Assembly (NCBI GenBank): GCA_035221665.1
Contig: CM069138.1
Coordinates: 23,002,001 to 23,066,000 of the forward strand
Origin: Okamejei kenojei
Lineage: Eukaryota
DNA length: 64,000 nucleotides
Direction: 5' to 3'
Shown here: positions 62,850 through 64,000 of the stretch, in pieces
Layout: each line of letters starts with the position of its first letter
Numbering within the stretch: position 1 is the stretch's first letter
Program-made: the position numbers and the translations under genes
Notes under the pieces: model-generated
What the model saw: only the letters and a program-made list of their open reading frames with translations
What the model was told of the DNA's origin: nothing
Database searches by the model: none

Positions 62850-63490
62850 TAATGCCAGAAGCGAGCAGCTTCAGCACCCTTTACAGTTTTATTTCCTGCG
62901 CCCGGATGCCTGCTCCCATATGGCCCCAAATGGCATGGTTTACGGCCGGTACTTTAAGCAGGATACAATTCGCTGGGGTGTCACACTTTTTGGCCGTTGT
63001 AGCCATGGCCAGCTCCTGAAGCTGGTGCGAGGCCAAGTAATTAATACTGGCAGCCATCTCTTCTGCCAGCAGCTCTCCAGAGCCTATTGGTATGGCAAAC
63101 CTAGCCGCCAGGAATGGGAACTCTGGCTCGTGCCCTTCGTCCTGTGGAGCAGCCTCCAATGCTAAGCGCACTGATTCGGCGTCAGAATCGTACTGACCTG
63201 GTATGCTCTCCTCCTCCAAGAGGGAGACACTAGGCAGCCCGGTAGGTACTGCTGGTGTGGGCTCTTGGAGAGGCCGGCACTCTTGATGGAGCATCCTCTC
63301 CAATAGGAGCTCCATCCTGGATATCCGTTCTACGGTATCCATTCTCGAGGGAGAACCCTCCCGACTGAACTCGTCCGAGTCTATTGGTCAGACAGACTTT
63401 CTGGTGGCCTTACGCCCCTCCGGCGCAGCCACGGTGCCCTCAGACACCAAGTCTGTAGTCGCTGGTCTCATTGCTAGCGACTCAGTAGAT

Positions 63491-63746
63491 CAGGGGTTCT
63501 CAACCGGGGGGAATTCCCTCCAGGGGGGATTTCAGGTTTTCAGGGGGGGAATTGGGACCACAGATTACCAAACTCAAACTGTTAGAATGTTGATCTTTTT
63601 ATTGCCTTTGAGCTCCCCAGGGCGGCACAAAATTCAGTATGCATCGGTTACAATTTGAGGCAGACAATCTTGGAAAGGAGGGGGGGAATGACATTCTGAC
63701 ATATGGTGAAAGGAGTGCATGGGGAAAACAAGGTTGAGAACCACTG
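63491..63746. mobile_element. hAT (Charlie-like) MITE
   Basis: TIRs CAGGGGTTCTCAACC / GGTTGAGAACCACTG; 8-bp TSD cagtagat / ccgtagat. Confidence 0.85.
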
Positions 63747-64000
63747 CCGTAGATGAACTAGGCGGCCGCCCGCTACCTGCACTCCCGCGGTCTTTAGATA
63801 CTTTTGCTACGGCTCTTCTTGCTGTTAACGATTTCTTCATGCTTGGACTTGCCCTCCTGTAACAAGATTTAACAAGCGCAGAAACGACCTCCAACAAGTT
63901 TTACACTTAGGCTTTTAAAACTTACCGCTGGAGAAGCGCTGTTCCTCCCAGCCGGTCGCTGCGCCATGCATCAGACGTAATGACAACAAGAGGGGAGAGA

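Larger units (their letters stand above)
61610..63984 (-). mobile_element. DIRS1-type element 5' half (gag and RT start) with two nested insertions
   Basis: LLFGEDLAK, VGGRLHRF, RPKKDGGCWIILDL and HFKMET peptides homologous to the DIRS at 31324. Confidence 0.85.

Overview
Repeat-rich vertebrate genomic DNA, most likely a cartilaginous fish such as a skate or ray. This is inferred from abundant CR1 LINEs, HE1-like V-SINEs, Penelope-like remnants and DIRS1-type elements. The minus strand carries a spliced immunoglobulin-superfamily receptor gene assembled here by hand from GT-AG sites and codon phase. Its parts are a doubtful leader (58417-58480), two intact V-set exons each ending in a germline J-like xGxG-T-Q-L-x-V strand (57883-58233, 56615-56959), two further V exons destroyed by retrotransposons (about 27985-28099, 25158-25978), an uncharged transmembrane exon (4476-4607) and three cytoplasmic exons (4236-4309, 1250-1291, 1136-1159) with an AVYENI tyrosine motif. 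About 12.5 kb (3588-16057) recurs after a 500-N gap (16584-29143) with indel noise rising toward the gap, which indicates an assembly false duplication. The rest is transposable elements: Tc1, an integrase-only Gypsy mini-element, a HERO-like RLE non-LTR element, several DIRS1-type elements, a near full-length L1, many CR1 fragments, a hAT MITE and Penelope tails with a minimal hammerhead motif. All calls are by eye; no searches were run.
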